A stretch of 64,000 nt of DNA from Sminthopsis crassicaudata (GCF_048593235.1 NC_133619.1:640500558-640564557), one strand, 5' to 3'. Positions 1 to 11,110 are shown, counted from the first letter of the stretch. Notes: generated from the sequence alone by a model not told the origin. Program-made: numbers and translations.

Positions 1-229
1 TCTCTCCTTCCCCCCCCCCCCCCGCCCAGGCATGAGGTGGAAAAAGCCTAGAAGAGGAGGACGGGGAGCCCTAGAACAGGGACCAGCGGTGGGAGGCCCC
101 TCGGGAGCCAGGTCCCTTCCCACTCCAGACCTGTGGCGCAGCCCGTGTTCAGACCAGGGCAGGATTTGAAGCCGGGCCTTCCCGCCAGTCGGGACTACAG
201 CTCCCGACCTGAGGAGCTCTGTCTTTCAG

Positions 230-1767
230 AACTGCAGGGCATTATCATTGCCACCAAAGGGTGCTTCCGCGAGACCCTGCAGGAGCCCACCGTTGTCAAG
301 TACACGCAGCCCCCGGGCGTGGCAGCCACGTCCTACACGCACTTCTGCTCCACCGACTTCTGTAACAATTACACTGACCCAAAGCCGCTGACGAAGCCCC
401 CGAGAGGGGCAGGTGAGAATGAGAATGGGTGGGGGGCCAGGGACTCAGCCTTGGAGGAGCATCTCTGACCCTGCTGTGCGCTCAAGCAGGGCCTTCCGCT
501 CCAGGCCTCAGTCTGCCCCTCTGCAAAGTGGGCCCGTCCCAGATAAGGTTCCATGGAGCTTTATGGTTCTATGGACTAGACGGGCCCTAAATCCTGCAGT
601 GACCCTGATGTTCAGTCACAGCCCAACCCTTGGGACCCACCTGGGGTTTTCGTGGCAAATGTATCAGAAGGGTTTGCCATTTCCTTCCAGATGAGGAAAC
701 TGAGGCAATTGCCCAGGATTCTAGGGTCAGACAGCTAGTAAGTACCAGAGGCTGGACTTGTACTTGGGTCCTCCTGAGTCTGAACCCAGGGAGCTCTCTG
801 CTGTGCTACCCAGCTGGCCACTCTGATGAGCCGGACAAGGTTGAATGGGAAACAGCTGGATTATTGCAGACCTTGGAGGAGAGTCCCTATGGATCAATAT
901 GGAAGGAAATGGCTGATGGATTCAAGCAGGGAGGGATGGGAAGGACCCCCGGGGGTGGGAACGCTCCCTGGATTTGGAGCCAGTGGGTCTGGGCGATCCT
1001 GGGGTCTCAGTGGCCTGAACTGAAGGATCCGACCTCCAGGGTCCCCTCCTGCTCTGCCAGACTGAGCCAGGCCTCAGACCCATGGATGTGGCAGTGGGGT
1101 GGCAGGGCCCCCAGTCAAAAGTTGGCAGTCCGGGTCAGTTACAGCAGAGGGCCTTGGCTGCAGCCCTGCAGAGCTTGGACTTTGCCTCCCCCCCCCCTCC
1201 CGGTTCTAGGCGCTGGGGCCTCTTGCTTGTGAGAGCTCAGGGACACCGTCCCCACTGATGGCCTTTCTCCCCCCCTTCCAGTCAGCCCCCACCGAGAGGG
1301 CCTCATGTGCCCCACCTGCGTCTCCCTGGGGCCCTGCGTCCCCGGCTCCCCGGTCATGCACTGCCCCAAGCTCACCCTCTCCTGTTACAGCGGGACCATC
1401 ATGATCAAGGGAGGTGAGTGGCCAGATGGGCGGGGAAGGGGCTGCCCCATCGGGAAGGTCCGGCTCTCAGAGGACACCGGGGTCCCCCAGGGCTGTGGGG
1501 CGCACCCCTGGGCGGTGCCTGGAGACCGGAGAGCCCTGCTGAGCACCCTCCCCCACAGGAGGCATCTGGACTCCAGTGGACCTGGAGGGCTGCATGGGCG
1601 AGATCAGCTGCCGCCTGCTGAACAAAACGCACACCATTGGGCCCCTGGAAGTGAACGAGCTGTGTGACCGCAGCAGCTTGTTCGAAAACTTCAGGATGGA
1701 CGGGGCCAGCTGCCTGCTCCCCGCCTTTGGGTGGGCTCTGGGCCTGGGCTTCCTGCTGCTCCTGTAG
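230..1767 (+). CDS. TEX101-like (CD177/TEX101 clade) GPI-anchored Ly6/uPAR protein, 3' part only (5' exons lie left of the window)
   Basis: Three phase-1 GT-AG exons: 230-412, 1282-1413, 1559-1767 (TAG). Translation: ELQGIIIATKGCFRET...PPGVAATSYTHFCSTDFCNN / LMCPTCVSLGPC...CPKLTLSCYSGTIMIKGG / GIWTPVDLEGCMGEISCRLLNKTHTIGPLEVNELCD...GASCLLPAFGWALGLGFLLLL*. The Cys spacing and hydrophobic GPI signal match TEX101/CD177. ATKGC, the retained final Cys (ELC) and GASCL favour TEX101 over CD177. Confidence 0.85.
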
Positions 1768-1819
1768 CCCGGAGGGGAGGGTAAGGGCCTGGCTAGGACC
1801 CCACGCCCCCACTGAAGTC

Positions 1820-2125
1820 TGCTTCTGCCCCCTGCTGCTCCCTCCTGCCCCCTCCCTTCTCCCTCCTGCCCCCTGCTCCTGCTGCCTCATTCTGTTCCCT
1901 CCTGCCTCCTGCCCCAGATACCTCCCTACCCCTTCCTTTCTCCCTTTTGCCCCCTGCCTCCTCCTCCTCCTCCCTTTTACCATCCCCTTCCTCATCTTTC
2001 CTTTCCCCTTCCTCCTCCCTTTTCCCTTTTGGCCCCATCTCTTCCCTTCTCTCTCTTGCTTCCTCCATCCTGCCCCCTGCTCCCTCCCTGCCATCCACTG
2101 TCCCCTGCCTCCTGGCCCCTGCTCA
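1820..2125 (+). repeat. Low-complexity polypyrimidine (CT-rich) tract in the presumed 3' UTR
   Basis: Long run of cctcctg/cctttc/cctccc motifs. It produces the spurious Gly/Arg/Glu-rich minus-strand ORFs. Confidence 0.8.
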
Positions 2126-2339
2126 GACTCTCTCAGCTCACGGCCAAGGAAGTCTGAAGACCAGACTTAGAATCATTCCATGAAGTCCCAGCTCCAAAAG
2201 CCCAGGTGGGCGATGCTCCAGCCATCACTACTGTTAGTTATAGAGACAAGTGCCAGTAGTACCTTCACATACACGGTTTTCACTCCGTCGCTTTCGAATT
2301 TGCATTTTGCCCAGTCTCGTCCCTGTGGTGTCTATCTAG

Positions 2340-2490
2340 AACCAGCTGAAGCCTGGCACATCTGATCCTCCTGTGGTCTTACAGTCACTGTGCCAGGCGG
2401 CTTTCCATAGACTGGGCTGCATTTCCTAATCCATTGGGTGACCTTTTCTTTTGATAGAGGAATTCAGCCCATTTACATTTAGGGTTGTTT
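2340..2490 (-). mobile_element. Degenerate LINE-1 ORF2 endonuclease N-terminal fragment
   Basis: The reverse complement reads TTLNVNGLNSSIKRK (frameshift) VTQWIRKCSPVY, resembling the start of L1 ORF2 (TLNVNGLNSPIKR..A.WI). Confidence 0.7.
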
Positions 2491-4151
2491 GGTTTGATTA
2501 TGTTTTACATTTATTAAATTATTTTGTCAAAAAAATTTACTGGCACTAAATCTCACATACATGCAGCCTTAAACACCTGTTTCTGACTATGAACCCCCTA
2601 GTTTTTGGTGACTCCCTCTTTCTTCCCCCTCCCTCCAGCCTCAGCCCCGACTCTCTCATCATGATAATGGCTGCTGACATTTACCCAGTGCTGGGCTCGC
2701 CCTTTTCACAGATTCCTTCCGATCCCTGGGAGGTAGATCCTGTTCTCATTTCATAATTACAGAAATTGAAGCAGATGCGAAGTGACCTTCTAGGAGTCAT
2801 GCAGTAAGGCTGGATTTGAACTTGGGGCTGTCTGCTTTTCCTGCCCCCCCCCACTTTAGCTATGATTCATGTGATTTAGAATTCTAGTTTCCAGTTTAGC
2901 CCAAACTTATTTTTTCCCTGAGAAAGCATAGCCCAAAGGGGTCAAATGACCCTGCCAGGGTGCCAGGGCAGGGCGAGATCAGTCCCAGGGCCTCTCCCCA
3001 TTCCAAACTCTTCCACCTCTCCCCCCAGCAGCAACAAGCCTCCCCTGGGCTTCTTGCTGCTGCTGGGAGTGCATGAACTCCTAAAGGATGCTCGGGTCCT
3101 GGGTCCCGGTTAGCTGAGATGCTCCTGTTGGAGGAAGGCCTTTCTTCGTCTCAAGGCTCCAGGCCAGAATCTCCCTGGATCTCCCACTTGGCCTTTCCAG
3201 GAGGTGGCCTGGCGGCATGTGCAGGAGGAACGGGCAGCAGTCTCATTATGAACAGCACTAATTGTTTGAGGCTTTTTACTTCTCCCTCGGTGCCCGGAGC
3301 TAGTTGGGCCCCAGGCCCAAACCCTGGTTCTTTGAGCCACATCCTGCCCTCCTCCACGCCATCTCCCCCGAGGTGACATCTATGGTGACCAGAGACTGCT
3401 AAGCAAGTCCAGGGTCCCCCTGCCCCACCTCCAGCCTAGGAACCGGGAGGCCCCTGGAAAGCTGCTGCGGATGCACACAGAGCAAACCCATTTGGGCAGT
3501 GGTGAAGCCGGGCTGAAAGCCGTCGTCCCGGTGCCTGGCTGTGTGAGCAGACCTCTTCCACTCAGGCCTCTGGGAGCCTCCAGCAGGAGGCCAGGAGTGG
3601 GCTTGGTCAGTCTGCAGGCCCTCCAGGCATGTCCCGGCCTTCCTCTGGAAGGACCACCTACACAAACTCGTGCACAGGGACTGCAGACACTACATGGATC
3701 CTGAGGCCCGGGCGCAAATACTGAGGGCCTTGATTTGAATCTGGGACTTCTACTCCCAAGTTTGAGGCCCAAGGGCCGGCAAGAGTGGAGCACTTATCAG
3801 CCTCCTAGAAACAGGGGCCATGTTAGTGGCTGGGGAGGGAGGAGGTCCCACCTAAAGGAAGCGGGTAACTATTAGGAGCTCCCAGAGAAGGGGACTGGCT
3901 TCTGATACTGGCGATCCGTGCTAAGGGCTGGCGGCAGATAGGGGGCACAGAATAGTCCGTTTAAATCTTTATTTGATACCTGTGTGGTAGGCATCCCTGG
4001 GCTAGGGCTGCTGCACTTTGGGCACACCTCCTACCCCTGGGATCCCAGGGCCGCCGCCTCTGCCAGCCCCTAGGCAGCCCACCGTGTAGGGGGCTCCCTC
4101 TGCCCGGCTTCTGGGAGACTGGCGGGACGTCCAGGTCGAGGACACCTCGGC

Positions 4152-7100
4152 CTACAGAGTGATGAGCAGTCCCAGCATGAGGGTCCAGAGCCAACCGGGT
4201 CGAGGCACGCTCTGGCTCCTGGGCCACAGGAGGCTGTGGTGGTCCACACACTTCTCGCTCAGCGTGAAGGAGCCCACCGTCTCCATGCCGAGGAACAGCT
4301 CACAGGTGGGCACGGTGGAGCAGCCGAGCAAACCCAGCACGTAGGAGGTGCTTTCTGTGGAGGAGGAAGAGGGCCGGTGGGTGCCCTGGGGCCCAGGGCC
4401 ACAAAGGCCCTGCTTCTGCCACCAACTGGGGCCTCCGGTGCCCATAAAATGACTTAGATGGCCTCGAGGGGCCCAGACCCTCAGCTAGGAACCAAGGCCC
4501 TGGGCCAGAGGATCGAGGTGGTGTAGAGCCTCATACAGCCGAGAACCTCTGTGGCCCAGAGCCTCCTGTGGCAGAAAGCCTATGATGGAGGGCCTCCTGC
4601 GGTGGAGGCCCCAAATTTTGCATTCTAGCAGCTCACCTGGCCGGGGGGGGGGGGGGGGGAGAGGGCCTAGCTGCATGAACTCTTCTGGGCTCACAACCAC
4701 CTCTGCGGCTGAGGGAGCGGCCCGGGGCCTTTCCAAGCCCAGCGTTCCCTCTGACACTCGAGCTGGGCAGGAGGCGCCTCAGGCCCAACTCTGTCCAGCC
4801 GGTGGCCCAGAGATCACACAGATAGAGGCAGCACCAGGGCTCAATGCCCGTTCTTGCCCCCCCATGCCCATGGCCATGGAAACCAGGAACCTGGCTCCAG
4901 AGGATGGCTCTGCCCCTCCCGTGGGCCAGGGAACCGCTCCCCACTGCCGCCGGGCCAGCACTCACCTCCCTTGATAATAATGGTTCCGTTGTAACACCTG
5001 AGGGTCTTCTCGCCGCACCGACGGAAGCGGACCTTTGTGGGGCAGGAGTACAAGGCCAAGCAGGTTGGGCATCGCAAGGCCTGGTCTGGGTTTTTGATGA
5101 CTGGAGGAAGGGAAGGGGCATGGCTGCGGCCTGTGGGCACTGAGGAGGAGTGCCCAGGAGAGGGGGGCCTGGGGTCCCAGGGAGGCCCTTCTCTGTGGGC
5201 AGCCTCTGCCCAACGGTCTCTCCTTCAAGCCATCTTTCACTCCAGCCCCCCAGTATTCTAGCAGGCCCCGTCTTGTGGATGTGGGCCTTCTGCCTGCCCC
5301 CATGACACTGACTATCCCCCCCCAGCCCCCTCCCTCCCTGCACTGCCAGGGCTGAGCCCCGCTGCCCATCAGTTAGCCCGGGCCCTGGCTGTAGGCCAGC
5401 CCCCATGATACTGACTGCCCCCCCACTGGTCCCTTCCCTCCCTGCACTGCCAGGGCAGAGCCCCGCTGCCCATCAGTTAGCCCCGGGCCCAGCCACAGGC
5501 CCGCCTATCCCCTGCCCGGCATCCTGCACTTCCCGGGGGCCTCCTGCTCCCACTTTGCCGCCACACTGAGCTGCAGATGGGCCCCGGGGCTCACCGGGTC
5601 TACAGCAGCCAAGGCAGGCTCTACTCTGGCTGAGAAGCTGGGAACAAACCCCAGCTGCCTGAGCCCGGTTCCCAGGACCCCCCAGGGGTGCCAGGCTTAG
5701 GTTGTGACGAGTTCTTTGGGAAAACTGAGCGTCACACAGGGTGACCAGCTGGGAATCCACCCAAGGAGCATGGGGACGCGCCACAGCGAGGCAGGCTTGG
5801 GAAATACAGTGAAAAGGGAGAGTGGGGCAGAGGCTTAGTGGAAGAGACTGGAGATTGGGAGGGGGAGAAGTTAGTAGGAGACCAGGAGCTTTGGGCAAAG
5901 GGAGAGGGTCGAGGAGCTCTGGCCACTGGGGGGGGGCACGGAAAGCAGGGGGCGAGCCCCGGCCCCGGGCTACCTAGGTGAGCCTTGGGCCTCAGCACCG
6001 GGGCCGTGCTGCTTGAGTTGTTACAGTAGTTGACATTGCAGAAGCGGACGTAGGAAGTGATAATAATTCCTGGTGGGCCCAAGTGCTCCGTGACCCCCGA
6101 CATCCGGTTCCCTGCTGGAGTGCAGCCCTTACTGCCCATTATCAGTGACTGGGGCCCTAGGAGAGGAGCAGGAGGTTGGCAGAGGCTGGCACCCCCGCGG
6201 GGGGCAGAGGCGCTGGGCCCAAGCTTCGGGTCAGTTAAAAGAGCATAAAGGCCTCTGGACTTCGGTTTCAACCCCCATCCCCCTCTCTACCCGCTGAGTA
6301 ACATCCCCACCGGGATCAGCCCCTTTCTACATGTTGGCACAAGCCGGACGGCTACCCTAAGTGAGGCAAGAATCCAGGGCAGCGGGGGGAGGGGAGGGAG
6401 GCCTTGCTGCCTTCCCCTGGCTTTTAAGATTGGCCAGGAAGGAAACTGAGGACAGAGCCAGGTATCTCATCCAAGAGCTTCTGGAGAGGGGGTGGACAGG
6501 GTCCTTGACATCCCGGACTAAATGGGACTTCCTCCCCATAGCGTCTGGGTGATGGACGGAGGCACCCGTGGACGGTGGTGGGCACGTTGGGCGAGGGCGT
6601 TCTGCGGCTCGGGGCCGCTCCTGGCTGGGAAGTGGGGGTCAAGCCCTGCACCCCGAGAACCGCCGGCCAGCTTGGCCGGGAAGGTGCTTTTTGAGCAGCG
6701 CCCCCCAGCAGGGGGTCCCAGCAGGGCGGGGCACAGCCAGGGCGCAGGGGGAAGCCAGCCCATGGCAGAGGGCACACTGGCAGGGTCGGGGCCCCCCCCT
6801 ACTCCCACATCACCGGGTCCTCCACACACGTGGCACCAATATCCGCGTAACCGCTTTTCCATCTTTTGTGCCGTGCAATAACCTGTCCGGGCATCCCAGG
6901 GCACAGGGCCTTTAATTGTCGCCTTTTCTATGGCATTTGAGACCCATCTTTGGTTTTGACCCAGTGGCCTCTGGCTGGCGCGTCCCGGTAATTACACCAT
7001 GAGTTTTAATGGGCGCTGACCCCCAGGGGAGAGCGGCCATGTCAGGGATGACCCCAGAGGGCACGTATAGAAGAGAAGCCTGGGGTTCAGAGAGGGCCCG

Positions 7101-8446
7101 TGAATCATAAATCGCAGATTATAACAATTGGGACACTTCTGGCAATCAATAGTGACCCTTCTTCATATTCTCGACAAGTACCCGGCCTCGAGAACTCTAA
7201 AGCAGCCCGATTCAAAGCCGCTGACCCCCAGTTTACCTGTCTCCAGCATCAGCAGGGTCTCCTGGCACACCTCCCAGTTCTCGCAGCGCCGGGAGTGCCG
7301 CAGGCTGGAGCTCCAAAGCTCGGGCTCCGAGTTCAGCATCCGCCCCAGGTACAGCATCTCCGTGTGGTAGCAGGTGATGGGGGGCAGCAGTGGGAAGATG
7401 GGGTGTAAGGGGCGGCCCCCTGCAAAGAGAGGGAGGCCCGTCAACCCGCGACCCACACAGTCCGGCCCCCTCCCTGGGGACCCCCATATAACCTGGGCCC
7501 CCTCCCCTGACCCTCCCCACATGGTCCCAGCCCCCCACCCTGACCCTCCCTACTCGGACCCGGCCCCCTCCCTGGGGACCCCATATAACCTGGGCCCCCT
7601 CCCCTGACCCTCCCCCCTGCCAGGGGACTCTGCATGGTCCCGGCCCCCCACCCTGACCCTCCCCGCTCTCTCCCTGGGGACCCCCATACAACCTGGGCCC
7701 CCTCCCCTGACCCTCCCCCCTGCCAGGGGACTCTGCATGGTCCTGGCCCCCCACCCTGACCCTCCCCCCTGCCAGGGGACTCTGCATGGTCCTGGCCCCC
7801 CACCCTGACCCTCCCTGCATGGTCCGGGCCCCCTCCCCTGACCCTCCCCCCTGCCAGGGGACTCTGCATGGTCCTGGCCCCCCCACCCTGACCCTCCCCC
7901 CTGCCAGGGGACTCTGCATGGTCCCGGCCCCCCCACCCTGACCCTCCCCGCTCTCTCCCTGGGGACCCCCATACAACCTGGGCCTCCTCCCCTGACCCTC
8001 CCCCCTGCCAGGGGACTCTGCATGGTCCCAGCCCCCCCACCCTGACCCTCCCCACACAGTCCCAGCCCCCCCACCCTGACCCTCCCTGCATGGTCCCAGC
8101 CCCCTCCCCTGACCCTCCCCGCTCGGACCCGGCCCTCTCCCTGGGGACCCCCATACAACCTGGGCCTCCTCCCCTGACCCTCCCCACACAGTCCCAGCCC
8201 CCCACCCTGACCCTCCCCGCTCTCTCCCTGGGGACCCCCATACAACCTGGGCCTCCTCCCCTGACCCTCCCCGCACGGTCCCAGCCCCCCACCCCGACCC
8301 TCCCCGCTCGGACCGGGCCCCCACCCCGACCCTCCCCGCTCGGACCGGGCCCCTCCCCGGGGACCCCCCACGGACGCCCACACACCAGGCTGGGCCAGGG
8401 AGGCTCCCACGAGTCCGAGCAGCAGCGGGAAGGCCGGACAGCCCAT
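4152..8446 (-). CDS. Two-LU-domain GPI-anchored Ly6/uPAR protein of the CD177/TEX101/LYPD4 clade (about 254 aa); orthology unresolved
   Basis: Five exons, all phase 1: 8446-8386 (MGCPAFPLLLGLVGASLAQP signal peptide, Kozak accATGG), 7419-7237, 6156-5974, 5100-4966, 4354-4152 (TAG). Total 765 nt with no internal stop. Domain 1 has 6 Cys (ITC...RRCENWEVCQETLLMLETGPQSLIMGSKGC...SYVRFCNVNYCNN). Domain 2 has 8 Cys (LRCPTC...SEKC). Hydrophobic tail GWLWTLMLGLLITL*. Minus-strand AATAAA at 3968-3973. Confidence 0.9.
5300..5490. repeat. About 104-bp imperfect tandem duplication in intron 3 of the second LU gene
   Basis: catga.actgact...ccctccctgcactgccagggc.gagccccgctgcccatcagttagccc occurs at about 5301 and about 5404. 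Confidence 0.8.
7466..8360. repeat. Modular C-rich (G-rich on the minus strand) minisatellite filling intron 1 of the second LU gene
   Basis: Shuffled modules ccctgaccctcccc, tgccaggggactctgcatggtcc and ctggggacccccata(c/t)aacctgggcc repeated over about 900 bp. Confidence 0.95.
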
Positions 8447-8849
8447 GGTGCGGGGTCTGCAGTTGTCCCTGGCCCCTGGGACCCAGGAAGAGAGCAGGGC
8501 AATGAAGGGCACCCTTGCTAGGACGCTCCTGTCCGCTCCTCCCCCAGACCCCGCTCCGGGGTCTTCTGGGCCAGCAGACCCCGCATCCGCCCCATGTCAG
8601 GCCCCTCCCATCACCGCTCCCACCCCCAGGACGCTCGGTGCCCCCCAACCCCACAACTGGTCTTTAGGTCCCAGAGAGAGGAGCCTCCTAGGGGTGTTCA
8701 GAGAAGCCTCCTCCCCATCCCTCCTCCATCCGGAGCCCCACAACCCCTGCTTCCTTCCTTCCCAATCAACGAGCATTTATGTGCCCACGCCAAGACCCCC
8801 CCCCAGTCTCCTCTCTCTCCAACACAGAAAGCTCCTCCCCTCCAACTCT

Positions 8850-9460
8850 TAAGCCCCGCCCCACCCACAAGCCCCGCCTTAATCCCCAAACGAGCCCCGC
8901 CCCCACCCTCCCCATAAAACAAGCCTGGCCCATCCAATCCTACGTCCCTCCCCTAACCCACAAGCCCTGCCCTTCCCCTCCCCCACAGTACAAGTCCCGC
9001 CTCTTTCCCTCTCCCACATCAGGGCCCACCCCCAAAGGCCCATCCCCTTCTCAGGCCTCGCCTCTCCCTCCCCGCCCCCTCAGTCAAGCCCCGCCTCCCT
9101 TCCTCCAACGGCCCCTCCCTCGAGCCTGTAGACAGGGGGCGGGGCCAGTCTGCCCCATTCCCACCCTTCCCCTAATGTGAAGAGATTGGGGGGAGAAGAC
9201 TCCTTGCCCCATTGGTCAGACAGACTTTACGTCCCTCACCATCCCCATCCCATCCCCCACTGTGCTCCATTGGCCAAAGTCTTGCAAAAGAGTGAATTCC
9301 TATTGGCTATTTTAAGGGAGGGACGAAGCATTCTTCGGCATTGGCAGAGGGATTGGCTCCTGGGAGGGGCTTCTCTCCCCATTGGCCGGTGGGGCACGTG
9401 ATTGACATGGTTCCCACGTGCACTCCTCTTCGCACCTTTCCCTCCAACCGAGCACCAATA
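8850..9460 (-). promoter_or_regulatory. Putative promoter of the second LU gene: GC boxes plus a dense CCAAT cluster and two E-boxes
   Basis: Several ccgccc boxes at 8850-9140. ATTGG/CCAAT at 9185, 9211, 9269, 9302, 9340, 9352, 9381 and 9455. CACGTG at 9395 and 9415. Confidence 0.5.
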
Positions 9461-10249
9461 GGAGAGTCCCTTACAAAAATGGGCCAGAAAAGTCCAAGCC
9501 GAGCAGACCCCACAAACTTGAGAGGTGGACAAAACAACAAAGCTGTAGTTTAGCTCCCCTGTTTTCTGCTTCCCCGTCTCTTTCTGTGGTATCTCCCAAA
9601 ATGCCTGGGAGGTTCAGAGAGTGGGAGATACTACGATGGAGAGATGGGGGGAGAAATCTGCCCCCACATGGAAGGCTCAGATGTTACTAAGGGGATTCAA
9701 ATCCTGCCCCGCACATCCAGCCCCCTTTCCAGGGTATCCAGGGGGTCCTAACGGCTGCAGCTGGCTCGTCAGTATCTCTGCAAAGTTTGCTATCTTCTCC
9801 ATCGGGTGTCTGAGAGGGAGAGTTGGAGTGCTGTTAGCAACCCCATTATGCAGAGGAGCAAACTGAGGTTTCCCAAGGTCACACTGCTTTTAAAGGTCAG
9901 AGGCAGCATCTCATCCCGAGCATACTCTTGGTCCCACACCCCGCCCACTACACCATCCTGCCTGCCTGCCTCAGAACAGACCACAGGGGTTCCTTCCAGG
10001 TCTGAATGTGTATTTCACGTTGCCATGGTTCTGGTAATAACATTGTCTCATTTTATCCTCACAACAACAAGAGTAGCAGATGCTGTTATTATTCCCATTT
10101 TGTGGCTGTTTCCTTGGCAGAGTGGAGCGACTTGCCAGTTTTCTTCTTCAGCTCATTTTACAGATGAGGGAAACTGAGGCTCCCATAGATTCGATCCTTT
10201 TTTCCAGCCCTAACCTCTCTCCTGATTTCCAGTCTCATCTCTCCAACTA

Positions 10250-11110
10250 CTGGTTACCCACTTCATACTGAGTGTCTTGTAAACTCCTAAACTCACACAT
10301 CCAAAATTCACCTTTTCCTCTCCAAAGAGCTTTTCTTCCTAACTTCCTTTTTACTTCTGAGGGCACGACCAGCTTCCCAGCTACCTTAGGTATCATCCTC
10401 CAATCCTTACTTTCTCTCCTTGCAGCCCCCCACCCCTCCCTCATTGTTTACCATATCTGCTCCATCTCTATCTCTCCCTCCTTCTTCTTTGCTCTGACCT
10501 GAATCAGGTAAAGACCCCCCTGACCCCTGGATTCCTTAATAGCCCTGGTTGGTGTCCCAGCTGACCCTTTCTGCTGTCCATCAGGGCTTCCTAAAGTGCC
10601 ATCTGACCATGTCACCATCCTGTCAGAAAGCTCCCTGTTGCCTCCAAGATCAAATACAAAATCCTCAGTTGGATGTTTAAAGACCTCTCTGACCTTTCCA
10701 GTTCTCCTACACTCCCTCACTCCACCCTTCCAAGGACCCAGTGATTCACTGGCTGCTCCTTGAACAAAAATACACCGATCTCTCCTCCCTCATGTGGCCT
10801 CTTGGCTAAAATCTCACCTACACAAAGCCTTGCCCGGCCCTTCTCCATAGCATCCATGTCTACCTCTTGAGATTATCTGATTTATCCTGTATGAATCTTG
10901 TTTATGCTCAATGGTTTCCATGTGATCTCTTAGGAAACCAGGAGTTCTCTTCAAAATAGGAACCATTTTTTGCTTTTCTTTTTATCTCCAGTGCTCACTA
11001 CATACCTGACAAAGTGTGTGCTTTAAAAGATACTTGCTAAAAACAAACAAATAAACAAACAAACAAACAAATGAATGAATGAATGAATGAATTAATAAAT
11101 AAATAAATAA
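10250..11110 (+). mobile_element. L2-type LINE 3' fragment with (TGAA)n/(TAAA)n tail
   Basis: Typical L2 3' text (ctgaccatgtcac..., atcaaatacaaaatcctc..., ttttatctccagtgctcactaca) ending in aatgaatgaatgaatgaatgaattaataaataaataaa. Confidence 0.75.

Noticed and set aside
1405-2170. Long ORFs of 229 aa (-) and 168 aa (+)
   Set aside because: They arise from the CT-rich low-complexity tract, have biased composition, and overlap real exons in the wrong frame or strand.
3110-3793. Several 70-137 aa ORFs between the two LU genes
   Set aside because: No recognisable domain, no coherent splice structure, and several rely on non-ATG starts.
4620-4660. Very long G homopolymers here and near 19548, 20770 and 49735
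   Set aside because: They are common throughout the window, lengths may be sequencing artefacts, and all are non-coding.
6840-6915. Plus-strand peptide ...FVPCNNLSG resembling an LU-domain end (CNN)
   Set aside because: Only one Cys, no upstream Cys pattern and no splice sites; judged a coincidence.
7233-8654. ORFs of 473, 353 and 320 aa
   Set aside because: Translations of the intron-1 minisatellite. Only the signal-peptide exon and exon 2 inside them are real.
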